NCBI GenBank assembly: GCA_028534125.1
Contig: CM052828.1
Span: forward strand, 60,388,001 to 60,452,000
Length of the DNA stretch: 64,000 nt
Reading direction: 5' to 3'
Origin: Lama glama
Lineage: Eukaryota
The translations under genes were made by a program, and so were the position numbers. The notes beneath the pieces were generated by a model. The model did no database searches and was not told the DNA's origin. It saw only the letters and a list, made by a program, of their open reading frames with translations. Shown here in pieces: positions 24,801-36,151 of the stretch; within the stretch, counting starts at the first letter, position 1, and every line of letters begins with the position of its first letter.

Positions 24801-25698
24801 AGCAAGACCTGGGGTGGAGGCCTCTGACCGCCTGGCTGAGGCCAGAGTAAACCAGGGATAGACACCCCAAGCTGTAGAAATAATGCACAAGGCAGACTCT
24901 GAGAAGGTATCCTCGAAGGGGTTATGAGTTCTCAGTGATAATTTGAAAGCCGGGCGACGCCAGGCGGAAGCGGGGCTGCGGAGGCTGGGGTCGAGCGGGG
25001 CTCTCAGGCAGGACGGGAGGCGCCGTCAGGGCGAGAGGCCACCTTTCCCGGCGGCAGGGCGCACCGTGAGCGTGCGGCTGGCTCTGACCTGGGGCGAACC
25101 ACCGTCTGCGTCACTCTCCTGCCGCTGCGGGCCCCGCCACGCACGGGAAACTGGCGCTTCTAAAGACTCAAGCGCTCGCAGGAGGTCCGCGGCCAGACGG
25201 AGCAGAGGCAGCTCTGGTGACGCCGATGCTCCCGCCCCTCCCCACGGCCACCCGCCGCTGGCCCCAGCCTGCTGGGAGGGGTGGCGACTCCGTGAGCGTC
25301 TGGCGTGAACAGGAGCAGAGGAAGACGCACACCTGTCGGTTGTTTCAAGGTCCAGCAATGAAAGAACACTTCTCAGGCGTCAGACACACGTATTTGAATT
25401 GGGAAGACCACAACTGGAAAATGTAGCTCAGATTCACGCGCTAAGGCTTATTTTGAAGTCAAAAAGGAAAGAAAGCCTCAAGAAAGCAGGCGTGCCGTAA
25501 TACAACTTATACACGATGCCCAGCTGTTTACGTGCATGTACGTGCTGGGAGATGCTGCCGCTGGGGAGAGACACAGCTGCTCCTTCCAGGGGGAGAAGCG
25601 ATGCACTCAAAGTGTTGGCAGAGCTCAGTGAAGGATAGAAAGTCACTTAACGCAGGCAAATGACGCAGTTCTGTAGCCAGTGTGTGCACAGAACAGTA

Positions 25699-25854
25699 NN
25701 NNNNNNNNNNNNNNNNNNNNNNNNNNNNNNNNNNNNNNNNNNNNNNNNNNNNNNNNNNNNNNNNNNNNNNNNNNNNNNNNNNNNNNNNNNNNNNNNNNNN
25801 NNNNNNNNNNNNNNNNNNNNNNNNNNNNNNNNNNNNNNNNNNNNNNNNNNNNNN
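25699..25854. other. Assembly gap (156 N)
   Basis: Run of N. Confidence 1.
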
Positions 25855-28743
25855 CTGGCTCTCGGGAGCATGCAGGCTGAGAGGCCGCAAACCCAGGAGA
25901 CCGGGTGGTGTAGTTCCCTGTCCAGGGATGGGAGAGACCGACGTCAGCTCCGTCGTCAGGCGGAAGAGCGGTAAGTTCTTCTTCCTCCAGCCTTCAGCAG
26001 GTTGGCTGGTACCCCAGCCCCAACACTGGAAGGACAATCGGCTTTACTGAGTCGCCAGTTCAGATGCTCATCTCACCAAAAAGTGGACTCACAGACATAC
26101 CATGCAGCCTGGGTCCAGTCACAGTGTCACAGAAAATTCGCCGTCCCAGGGGGCCCCCCACCGTGCCCACCGTGGGCTTTGTGCCCTCATGGACTCCTCT
26201 CCCTAGCTGCCTGCGGAATCGACACCAGGCCATGGCTCAGGGCTTCTAGCAAGATGAATGTGTCTGAAGATGTTCCCAAAACACCAGATTATTAATCACC
26301 TTTGTGCCTCTGGGCAGGAATGTGCCTGTGACAGGGCCAGGACTAGGGTTTCAATCTTGCTTGGCACGTTTCTGTATTTTTTCTGCCCTTCACAGTGAAG
26401 ATGTCTTCAAGCATCACAGAGAGAGAGAAGATGTCCGGGTGCTGATGAACTGACCAGGTGAGCTGCGCCCCCGCGGAGTGACCGCGGGTGGGCTTGGCCA
26501 CGTCTGCTCCTTGACTGGAGACGCCGTGGCATCGTTACCACTCAGTCTCCATCTGCTGCAAAGACTGCTCTGACCTTCTGAATGCTGAGAGGTTTGAAAG
26601 ACTGGTTTAAATTCCTAAGATCTGGTAGGAAATGAAGAAAAGACTCGTCTGGATCAGCACTTCTCCAACTCATGCAATTCCTGGGCATCTTCTTGATATG
26701 CAGAGAGTGGGTCAGTGGGTCTGAGATGAGTCTAAGATTCAGCATTTGACAAGCGCCCAGGCGATGCTGGCGCGGATGCCGCGGGCTGGTGGGCCTCACC
26801 TTGGGTGTCGGGGCACAAGGGGGAACATCCAGGTGTGATACTCGAGATCTGGGGGCTACAGCAGCCGCGCTGCTCCCAGGGCAGAGTTCCTGGTTGCCGG
26901 TAGAACTGCAGCAGGGGCAAGAGGAAGACAGACCCGTGGGCAGCGCCAAACGAACACCTTGCATGAACTCGCGGGCTGCTGGCGTGGGTGGGGCTCTGGT
27001 CCCCAAGCAGCACCGGCGCCTTGTGTCCGTGGAGCGTTGGCTTTCTTGTCTGAGGGGAGGGTGCTGGCTTTGCTCCTCTCTGAGGTTTGTTCGGCCCTGG
27101 CGCTGGTTTCTCCGACCGAGGTGGAGCTGCTCCATTACCGCGTGGGAGGTCAGACGGCCGTGCGAGGTGAACAGGGCTGAACGCGAAGGCGTTCCCTACG
27201 CCGAAGGGTGGCCAGGTGCTGCGATCTGAATTTGCATGTTTGCCTGCTGTCCTCCAGGGCAATCTGAAGCATCACGGCTGTGTTCGCGCCGGTCGCGCGC
27301 TGCACGGCACGGTCCAGACTCTGTCTGCCACGCGGGGCGAAGAGTCTCGTCGGCCAGCGCCACGGGGTTGGCCTGTCGTTGCTGAGCCTCCAAACCCCTG
27401 AAAAGCCTCATCAGCCGGGAGGAAGTCGGGAAGCTCCGGATGCCCCGTGGAGCCACTGCAGTGGGCTGGTGGCGGCCGGTTCTCCCCGGACCTGCCGGCC
27501 CAGGGGCAGCGCTCTCGCCAGACGTCCAACTCCCGGCCCCCCAGGCCCCCGCCTGCCAGGCAGCAGCCTGCTGGGGCCCCCGCCCCAATCTGGCTTGGTG
27601 GAAATAAACGGAGACCAACCGGACGAAAGCAGGTGAAGTCTGCTCCAGGCTTGCTGTAGCGGGCAGCCGCTCCAGCACTGTGTCTGGGGAGGCCCGGGGC
27701 GGGGGGTCAGCGGGAGAGCGCCCGGTGGAGAGGGGCTCGGTGTCCTGATGAGGCTCCTGGCCCGGGGGCCCGGGGCCGTTCATTAGAGCGGGCACCCCGT
27801 ATGCGGGCTGAAGGGAGCACGTGTGATGTCCCGTGGCCAGTCCCGCAGTGGAAGCAGGGACCCCCGCTTGGGAAGCGTGAGGGATCGACGAAGCCCTGGC
27901 CGCGTGGGGCAGTCGTTGCAGGTGTCGACGTTACCAGAGACCAGGGCCTGCGTCCTCCGCGTTGGACCAGTGGGGAGAGGCTGCTTCCTCTCCCCACCTA
28001 CAGTCGGACCTACAGGCAGAGGCTGCCTCCTGGGCCGGCCCCATCTGCCAGAGGTTGGCCTCTTGGACCGGCTGCTGCAGGGTGCGGGTCCGAGTTCTGA
28101 GCTGACCGCTTGTATATTCAGCCTCTCCGCTTACGATGTGGCTGGTGAGGTGACGTCTTCCCAGAGCTTTAAGGGAGTCAAGGTGGCTCCTGGTTCAGTG
28201 AAGGCATAAAAATGTTTTTTTAGAGCAAGATCCAAGCAGAGGGGGGCTGTGTTTCGTTCTAATGGAAAAGAAGCTTCCCTAACGGATCGGGTGTCACCCC
28301 CATAAGAAGGCGACAGAAGTCCGTGAGAACAGAGGACAGTGTGCCCGGCTCCAAGGGGGAGACGAGGGGCGCCCAGGCCTGCCCCACTTCCGCTACGCAG
28401 ACCCCACAGTTCCCAAGCAAATTCTGACTGCTGATGTGACCTTCAGCCATCACGGAGCTTTGGAGAGGGTGGACAGGGATGCCCAAGCTCCTGCAGGTGA
28501 CCCCACGCACTCATGACAGATGTGTGGCTCCGGGGCTCCTGTTGTCACTGTGAGACGGGGTCGCCTTAGGGCTGGTGGATGAAACCAGGTTTGTGGACGT
28601 GCAGAGTGGAGGACCAGACAGATCCTTCCCCACAGAGACTTGGTCTGGCTGGTCCCTGGGGTGGCCACCTGGATGGCCTCTCTCCCTGGTGCCATTTTAG
28701 CCGAACCACGACCTCTTCTGGGGTCAGCACAGCGCTGTTCCGT

Positions 28744-28961
28744 CAGTGCTGTACCAGGGCATACCGGAGCTTGAGGGAAAAGGGAAAATCAGTAGTACCA
28801 CTTCGTTTTTATTTGAATTTTAATATTTTGTTTCTTATGGATTTTATGTTAACTTTGATTTATTGAAGCATGGCGTTAACGTATTCTTTATCGGCATTTC
28901 TGGTGCATCCTGACATTTTGTACCCAAGGTGAGAGCACTCAGCCCTCCTTCCAGTGCCCTG
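28744..28961 (-). mobile_element. MER96B-like hAT DNA transposon
   Basis: cagtgctgtaccagggcataccggagcttgagggaaaagggaaaatcagtagtac...ttttgtacccaaggtgag...gccctg matches recalled MER96B end to end. Confidence 0.7.
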
Positions 28962-29690
28962 GAGACCCATGGCGGCCCCGATCTCTTCCACTGCCATCCT
29001 GCCTTCTTTTACTTCACTCGTTGCAAAGCTGGTCGCTCAGCTGAGTCTTACTGCGAGGGAGAGCGCGTAGCGGACCAGCCATTGTAAGCGTATGAGGGGA
29101 CACAAATTGAGGAGGGCAGGGGAGCTCCAAGTTTTGGGTGTAACAACCACGAGAGACCAGGTGACTGTCCTGTTATTGCAGGTAGAATGCCTGCCTGATT
29201 CTGAGGCTGGGCAGCCCATGAGGCTGCCAAGCAGGGTTCCAGGCTCAGTGGACCCTGCTTGCAGACGAGACCAGGCGAGATGGAGGAGACTCTGTGAGCT
29301 CAGGGGGTGGTCATTTTATCCGCTTGCGACCTCAGTGCTTAATGCACGGAAGATGCTCATCCACGTGAACTGACTTCCTTCTTTTCCGTCTGGCTTGCCC
29401 GTGTGGACAGTGACATTATCAACAGAGGCATCTTGGATATAGGATGCAGCATGAAAAACTGAGGATGCAGCTGGTGAATGTGATCATTAAGTCCCTGGAG
29501 TTGAGAAACCTGTAGAAAGGAGCTGCCCCGGTGGGTACCTGTCTGCAAGTGGCATCGACCCCTTGGACAGGCCACTCTCATGCACGGCTGTTTCAGGAGC
29601 TCTCGCTGTACGTGGAGGACCCTAGTGGGCAGGTGTGAGGGTGGGGTCCTCTGCCCCGTCCAAAGAACACTCCAAAGCTCACAGCAGGTG

Positions 29691-29836
29691 TAGGGTCCGT
29701 CAGGCTGCGAACAAAGTCCAGGGCTCCTACTGAAATTTGAACTTCAGATGAACAACGAATACCCTTTTTACTATAAATACATCCCACATCGTGCTTGGGC
29801 AGCCTACGTTTTTATCTGCTAACTCTGGAAACCCTA
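29691..29836. mobile_element. MER53 hAT MITE, internally deleted
   Basis: TIR ends taggg...accta. Internal gaaatttgaacttcagatgaacaacgaata matches MER53. Confidence 0.75.
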
Positions 29837-30059
29837 AATCTCAAGGCTCTGGCAGCTGAAAACTGCAGACAGAATCATCACATCACCGGTGAGAGGCTGC
29901 TTGGGGCCATCGAGGGCGTGACACTCCCCTTCCCATCGTGGCCCCCTTGAAGCCCGGTGAGCTGTGGCCGCTTGGGTCCAGGTCTTTGTAAATCCCTAAG
30001 AAACATGTCGGTGTCGGAGGAGGCGGGAGGTAGGGGCGTTGTAGAGGAGAGGGGGAGCG

Positions 30060-30265
30060 GTGATTAAGGGGTGGTGGGACTGTGTGATTTATGGTTTATG
30101 AGCAGAGATTTAAAGAGCTGGATAACGTTTCCCTTAATTGTGCAAAGACAGATTATTCAAAGACGAGCGACAGAGATGAATGCCTGTAAATATCTTTCTG
30201 GGCAAAAGCATCAAAGGTGATTAAACTCTGCTGGAATTAGGGACAATGGGACAGTGTTAAGGAAA
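30060..30265. promoter_or_regulatory. Candidate enhancer with PBX-HOX, TCF/LEF, FOX and SOX motifs
   Basis: TGATTTATGG at 30085, TTCAAAG at 30156, TGTAAATA at 30185, CATCAAAGG at 30209, ACAATGG at 30243. Confidence 0.45.
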
Positions 30266-30307
30266 AAAAAGTTCTTAAGATAGATGGTTTTCTCTGAAAA
30301 CACTGCA

Positions 30308-30366
30308 CCCCGCTCACGGCATGCCCTGCCTGCCGCGCGTCCCCGCTCTCGGCACGCCCTGCCTGC
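30308..30366. repeat. Tandem duplication with a 33-bp period (~1.8 copies)
   Basis: ccccgctc(a/t)cggca(t/c)gccctgcctgc at 30308 and 30341. Confidence 0.9.
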
Positions 30367-30997
30367 GGCCTTGGTCTCTGGCACCGTCCTGCTCTTGTTC
30401 TTCCGCTGTTTTCCTCGTTGTGAACACACATTCCAGTCCTCTGGGATTCGGGGGGACCAGGAGTTGGTGAAGGAAGGAGGCTTTAAGGATGTTTCTGTTT
30501 CTGAGACACTGGGTAACTCAGTGTGTTAGGTGATGCAGAGAATAAAAGAGGATAAAAAGCACCATCTGAAAGAGGGGCCGGGCAGGCTCAAAGCTGCGGG
30601 GTCGTTAAGGTTGGCCCGAGGCCCACGTGGTTTTGGAGACTCCAGGGAAGAACCAGCAAACTTGACTTGGGCGAGTTTGTGCCTTGAGGGTTCTGAATAC
30701 ATGGCGATGGTTGTGGAGACCCGTTTGCACACTATTCAGGCATGGATTTGAAGCTCAAGCCTTACACGGCCCAAAGGAAAGAGTGGAGGGAGGCCCCCCT
30801 CCTCGTGAACGAGCCCAGCCAGAGCCAGCAGCCCGGCTGACCAGCACTGCTCACGGGGGCGGTCCCGGGAAGAAGGCCGCTCGCTGCTGTTGGGGACGAA
30901 GGCAGAGAGGTCCAGGAAAGCGGGGGCTCTGTTCCTGATGACACGCGTAGACGGCTGGGACCCATGCTCGTGCAGTGAAAGCTCAAATGAGCAATTT

Positions 30998-31729
30998 CCT
31001 GTGTATATATATTTTATTGAAATACAGCCAGCTTACAATGTTGTGTCAATTTCTGGTGTACAGCATAATGTTTCAGTCATACATGAACATACGTATATTC
31101 GCTTTCATATTTTTCACCATAAGTTGCTTCAAGATATTAAATATAGTTCCCTGCTCTTTACAGTATAAACTTGTTTATTTTATATACAGTAGTTAGTATC
31201 TGCAAATCTTGAACTAATTTATCTCTTCCCACCCCCTTCCGCCCCTGATAACCACAGGTTTGTTTTCTATGTCTGTGAGTCTGTTTCTGTTTTGTAAATA
31301 AATTTGTTTGTCTTTTTTTTTAGATTCCACATATGAGTGATATTGTATGATATTTTTCTTTCTCCTTCTGGCTTACTTCACTTAGAATGACAGTCTCCAG
31401 GTCCATCCATGTTGTTGCAAATGGCATTATCTTATTCTTTTTTTAGGGCTGAGTAGTATTTTATTTTATAAATATACCACAACTTCTATATCCAGTCATC
31501 TGTCAGTGGACACTTAGCTTGTTTCCATGTCTCAGCTGCTGTAAATAGTGCTGCTGTGAACATTGGGGTGCAGGTGTCTTTTTGAATTAAGACTTCCTCT
31601 GGATACATGCCCGGGGTGGGACTGCTGGATCATGTGGTAAGTCTGTTTTTAGTCTTTTGAGGAATCTCCACACTGTTTCCAGAACGGCTGCACCAAACGG
31701 CATTCGCACCAGCGGTGTCGGAGGGTTCC
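30998..31729 (-). mobile_element. Young 5'-truncated LINE-1 3' end with TSD
   Basis: Antisense L1 3' UTR and ORF2 end. TSD ctcaaatgagc(aa/gg)ttt at 30982-30997 and 31730-31745. Confidence 0.95.
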
Positions 31730-33219
31730 CTCAAATGAGCGGTTTTGACTTGGGGCATGTGCCCGTTACTGCGTGCTGTTGGGGATGTGGAGGGGTGTGA
31801 GCACTGGGGAGTGGAAATGCGGGTCTGCCCATTACAAATCGGTCAGACCTACCTTGAGAAAAAGAAACCCATCACCAAGCTGTCATGACACACGACTCAG
31901 TGGATTTAGTGAGTCTGGGGACAGGCTAGCACAACCCCTTCCTACCTCTCAGCCTGAGGGATGTTTGCTTCCACAACGTTCGTCTTCCCCAAATCCACCA
32001 CGTGCACCGAGTGGGCCTCCAGACGTGGAGAAGAGCTTTTGCGCCTTGTTTCCCAGCATGGCCTGCTGAGTCCCTGCGTCTCCCAGCGCCCAGGTGTGAG
32101 TCTGCTGAAAGGCGTCCCAGGGCTACAGCGTAACGCGTGTCCCTGACGGCGAGGTGTGAGGTGCGGAAACAGAATCTGTTTCATGGGAAGCACAGCGAGC
32201 CGTCCTCTGGGCGTAATGGGCTCGTGGGCGCAGCGCGATCTGTGACGTGTGTGCAGCAGTAGTCCTTCTCAGGACAGCTGGGACCGTCCTGGTCTCTTAT
32301 TGACCGGGTGGTTTTGTTACTTGGCGCCTCTGTAGTTGAGCAGTTACAGTGGAAGCTTCAAGGCAAGAATGTATATTGATAATCACAGTTAAGTTTAGAA
32401 AAACCGAAGCCAAGTGAAAACAAACGGCTCCAACCCTAGAAGAAAACTCCTTGTCAGGTCCGTGCGGTCGCTGAGGCCCGCAGCTCGGGGGCCGCCCCGC
32501 ACCCGGGGGAAGACCCAAGCGGGGAAGGAAGAGCGGCCGCCCGCACAGCCCCCCGGGCGACGGGGACGGTGCTTTTCATTGCATGCCTGATGTCTGAGAA
32601 TACTAAGAAATGGCATTGCAAAGCCACCTTGTAGATGAGTCACAATTTGTGACTTTCTTCGGTATTGTCGTGCGGACAACCCCAGACTCTCAGACTTTTC
32701 CTTGGATGCCACCAGGTGCAGGGAGAAATGACAGTTGTACAGGTTGTAAGAGGGTCCAGAGGCGGCTGGCCTGGAAGCTGGAGGAAGGCAGCTCTGAGAC
32801 CCGGCAGACTCCTGTCCCCTGGGAAGGGCTGAATCAGCCTGGAGGCCCGCGCCCAGGCTCGCAGGCATGTGGCGCAGAGCTCCGGCCGGAGACCGCCGTG
32901 CCTGCTGGGCGGGGAGCCCTTCTGCCCCTTCTGCGCCCAGGAAACTGCTCCAGGCACTTGCCAGGAAGAAGCCTTTTTTAAAACTTGAAGCAGCAGCACA
33001 AGAAGTGCTTGGCACAGTTCGTGCTCGGTGCCCAGAGCCCTCGGGAGAGGGGCTGGAGGTCGGCCTTGCCCGTGTCTTCTCTTTGTCGGGTATCTGAAGG
33101 TGTCTTAGCGCCTGTCCGGACCTGTCTGGTGGTGTGGCCCCTGTGGGCGCGCCCATCAGCTCTGCGTGTGTGGAAGGAAAGGCTCCCTTGATTGGTGGCC
33201 CGGACATTGTGCTTCTAGC

Positions 33220-33355
33220 AGAACCCGGGACCGGGACCCACAAGACGCGGGTTTTCATTCTGCTCTGCCATCGATGGCTGTGTAACCCTGGGCAGGTCGC
33301 TTAACAATCTCTGAGCCTCAGTTTCTTTATAAATCAAAATGTTTGGACTTGATCT
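33220..33355 (+). mobile_element. MIR-family SINE
   Basis: gctgtgtaaccctgggcaggtcgcttaacaatctctgagcctcagtttc is a MIR core. Confidence 0.8.
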
Positions 33356-33397
33356 TTTCTCTCTCTTAACGCTTTACAGTTCTGTGTTTCATTGATA

Positions 33398-33752
33398 TAA
33401 AAATTAAAAGAATGAAGTAATGCCCTTTGCAGCAGCATGGATGGACCTAGAGATTACCATACTGAATGAGGTAAGTCAGAGACAGATACCATATGACATC
33501 ACTTATGTGTGGAATCTAAGCCAAATGGCACAAAATAACTTATTTACAAAACAGAAATAGACTCACAGACAGAAAACAAACTTATGGTTACCAGGGGAAA
33601 GGGGAGGGGAGGGATAAATTAGGAGTTTGGGAATCACCAGATACACACTACTATGCATAAAATAGATAAACAAGGTCCTGCTGTACAGCACAGGGAACTA
33701 TATTCAATATCTTGTAATAACCTATAATGATAAAAGACTATGAAAAAGAATC
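33398..33752 (+). mobile_element. LINE-1 3' fragment (ORF2 end and 3' UTR)
   Basis: aatgccctttgcagcagcatggatggacctagagatt...aacttatggttaccagggg...acagcacagggaactatattcaatatcttgtaataacc. Confidence 0.92.
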
Positions 33753-33984
33753 TTTATAAATTGACCCTCAGCTCAGTACTTCTCTGACCGGAATCTGGGC
33801 CGGCTTTGCCTGGCCACTCTCTAGAACCAGAGTCTGAACACCATGGAGGCTCACTGCCGTGTTCCCGGTCCTCTGACCAGCCCCCGGGGCCGCATGTGAG
33901 CCCGAAGCAGGTATGTGCCTTGTGTCCCAGGCTGTGGAATTTGCACATGTGCACATGGGCTCCTAGAAAGCAAGGGACTCATCA

Positions 33985-34725
33985 GTGTTAAGTTGGTCTC
34001 ATTACAGAGTAATAAATTGGAAATTGCAATGAAATTAGGTTGATTTCTGACTGACAAATTCCGGTTGCCAGGCGGAAAAGAAATAATGATTTTTAAAGCT
34101 GCAACAGCTGTTACATCATATTGTATTTTAAAGCCCTTTAGAGGAATTAGTTAATTAATTTTAACATTATTATACTCTCCTTAATAGTGTTCCAAAATAC
34201 CTGGCAGTGATTAATCATGATCAGAATTTTTATCAGTCATGATCTAATACATTTTTCCAAAAAGAAGATTTTATTGCACATTAAAATTACTTTGTTTGAG
34301 TTCTTTAATTGTAGATCTTAATCTCGTTTGAAAATATAATCTTTATCCATTTAGTGCCACACAAAGTTAGTGCTCCTCCTCAAAAAAAAAAAAAACATTT
34401 TCAAACTTGGCTTAGGTTCTTTTCTTTCTTTTTTCTAAGCCGTATCATTTAATTTCATGTGGCTTTAATGAGTAATTGTTTTCAGCAGTTTCTAAGAGTT
34501 TCAGTCAGCCATATTTCATTCCAGAATAAAAGGTAATGATCCATAAATTCTTAATGCCATATTTTTATAGCCAGGAAATTAGTCTTTAATGGGTTCAATA
34601 AGTTCTGTGATGTATGTCATTAATTGTTAATGGTGTTTTAACCTGATAATTGTGACGAAGGGTTGTTTATCACCCGTGCTGGTAAATGACTAATCCGTGC
34701 CCTCAGCTCCGCTTCACAGTGTGAC
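33985..34725. promoter_or_regulatory. Large AT-rich non-repeat block, strongest candidate conserved enhancer
   Basis: About 740 bp with dense TAAT/ATTA sites: aattagttaattaatt at 34145, TGATTAATCA at 34208, tgtcattaattgttaatgg at 34615. No TE similarity recognised. Confidence 0.55.
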
Positions 34726-34853
34726 TTAGTGACTGTGCTGAGAGCAGGTCAGGGCCCCAAAAGGCACCGACCAGATGTCAGATTCCAGCACTAGCATGTC
34801 ATGTGGCAATGACACCATCCTACAGCCTTCAGTTCCAATTTGTTTATATCTTC

Positions 34854-35530
34854 TGTGTCAGTCAGCTGTTGGTCCTGCAATGCTGAGTAACAAACATCCC
34901 AAACCTCAGTGGCTCATAGCCACAGCCATTTACACTCACAGTGATGGTTAAGTTTGCATATCACCTTGGCTAGGCCCTAGGACCCAGTTATTTAACCAAA
35001 CACAGATCTGGATGCTACTGTGAAAATGTTTGCAGGTACAGCTAACATGTACAATCAGTTGACCGTGAATAAAGGAGATGACGCTTGATAACATGGTGGG
35101 CCTCATGTGGTCATTTGAAGGCTGTCAGAGCAAAGATTTCTCAGAGAAGAGGAATCCTGCATCTAGACCACAGCGTTGAGTCCTGTCTGAGTTTGCGGCC
35201 TGCCTCCTGCCCCTCTTGTGTGTATGAAGGCTGGGTGGGGACAGGCTACCCTGGGCTGGGCTCAGCTGGGCTGGGCTCCTGGCCACAGTTGGGGCCACGT
35301 CTGTCCTCGTGTCTCTTGGGCTTTCAGGGCACTCTCTCCTTGAGCAATGGTAGAGAAGCGGGAAGTTACATCACCCAGGTGCATTTTGAGTCCTGCCTGC
35401 CTCCCACCTGCTCTCAACCTCTGACCAAAGCCCATCGGCGCTGGAACCGTGAGCACAAGGCAGGGAGGTTCACGCCACTTCCGGGGAGTAACAGGCGAAG
35501 TCCCACGCAGAGGGTAAGGGCACCAGCAGG
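34854..35530 (-). mobile_element. Old MLT1 LTR interrupted by an MLT2 LTR
   Basis: 34854-34939 has the antisense MLT1 end (tgtgtcagtcagc...taacaaacatcccaaacctcagtggc). It resumes at ~35215 (ctgggctgggctcagctggg...). Confidence 0.6.
34940..35214 (+). mobile_element. MLT2C-like ERV-L LTR (5' part)
   Basis: gtgatggttaagtttgcatatcaccttggctaggc...cccagttatttaaccaaacac...gtgggcctcat...gaaggc matches recalled MLT2C. Confidence 0.8.
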
Positions 35531-36102
35531 ACGAAGCACCGTCGCAGCGGTCCTCCCACCCGGTCCTGAGCCAGAGGAGGCAGGCGCCCCACGGCGCATC
35601 GCTGTCTGCCCCGGCCACACCCACCCTCTCGCTTGCTCAGGGCTGGACGGAACCAGACCAGCAGGTCAGAGATCAGCCAGAGCTCCCACGAAGGCCAGGT
35701 TTTCTCTAAGAAACTGGGAGGGCACCCTCGGAAACCAGCTCAGAATTGTCACCCCAAACCCTCCATTCTTGTCACCCTCGTGCCTGTTTCTGCTTTGGAT
35801 CCATGTGCTTTTCCCCTTTTCTGGCAACTCTGCATGGATTAGGCGTGTATTTTTCAGGCTGGTCAGTGGGCTTACTTGTATTTTTTTGCAGCTGTAGAAA
35901 TGCTGCAACTCCTCTCTCTGCAGTTGTGACCTTTCCAGACGGACAGCATCTGGTGCTCCTGCCCTGAGAAGGTGGCAGTTACGTCTGAAAGAGGACCTGG
36001 GGGAGGGGCCCAGAGAACACATGACAAGGAGGAAGAACCGACCAAGATGGATGAGCATCCAAAAAGGATTTCCAGCCAAGGGAAATGCACCCGCAAAATC
36101 AG

Positions 36103-36151
36103 AGGAAATGATAATTGGTGGAAGATGATAATTGGTGAAAAATGATAATTG
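36103..36151. repeat. Tandem repeat, 3 x 17 bp with core ATGATAATTG
   Basis: ATGATAATTG at 36108, 36125 and 36142. Confidence 0.92.

Noticed and set aside
25300-25698. Possible degraded sense L1 ORF2 fragment before the gap
   Set aside because: The similarity is too faint to support without an alignment.
27196-27795. MGMT-like peptide (VYFHQ) suggesting the MGMT/EBF3 locus
   Set aside because: A few matching residues with no surrounding similarity or exon structure. No locus assignment can be supported.
29691-29836. miR-1302-like hairpin (family derived from MER53)
   Set aside because: This copy has lost most of one palindromic arm, and the mature-sequence region is degenerate.
5329-36151. 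CRISPR-like or other prokaryotic repeat arrays
   Set aside because: The repeats are simple 2-3 copy tandem duplications without unique spacers, and the sequence is clearly mammalian.
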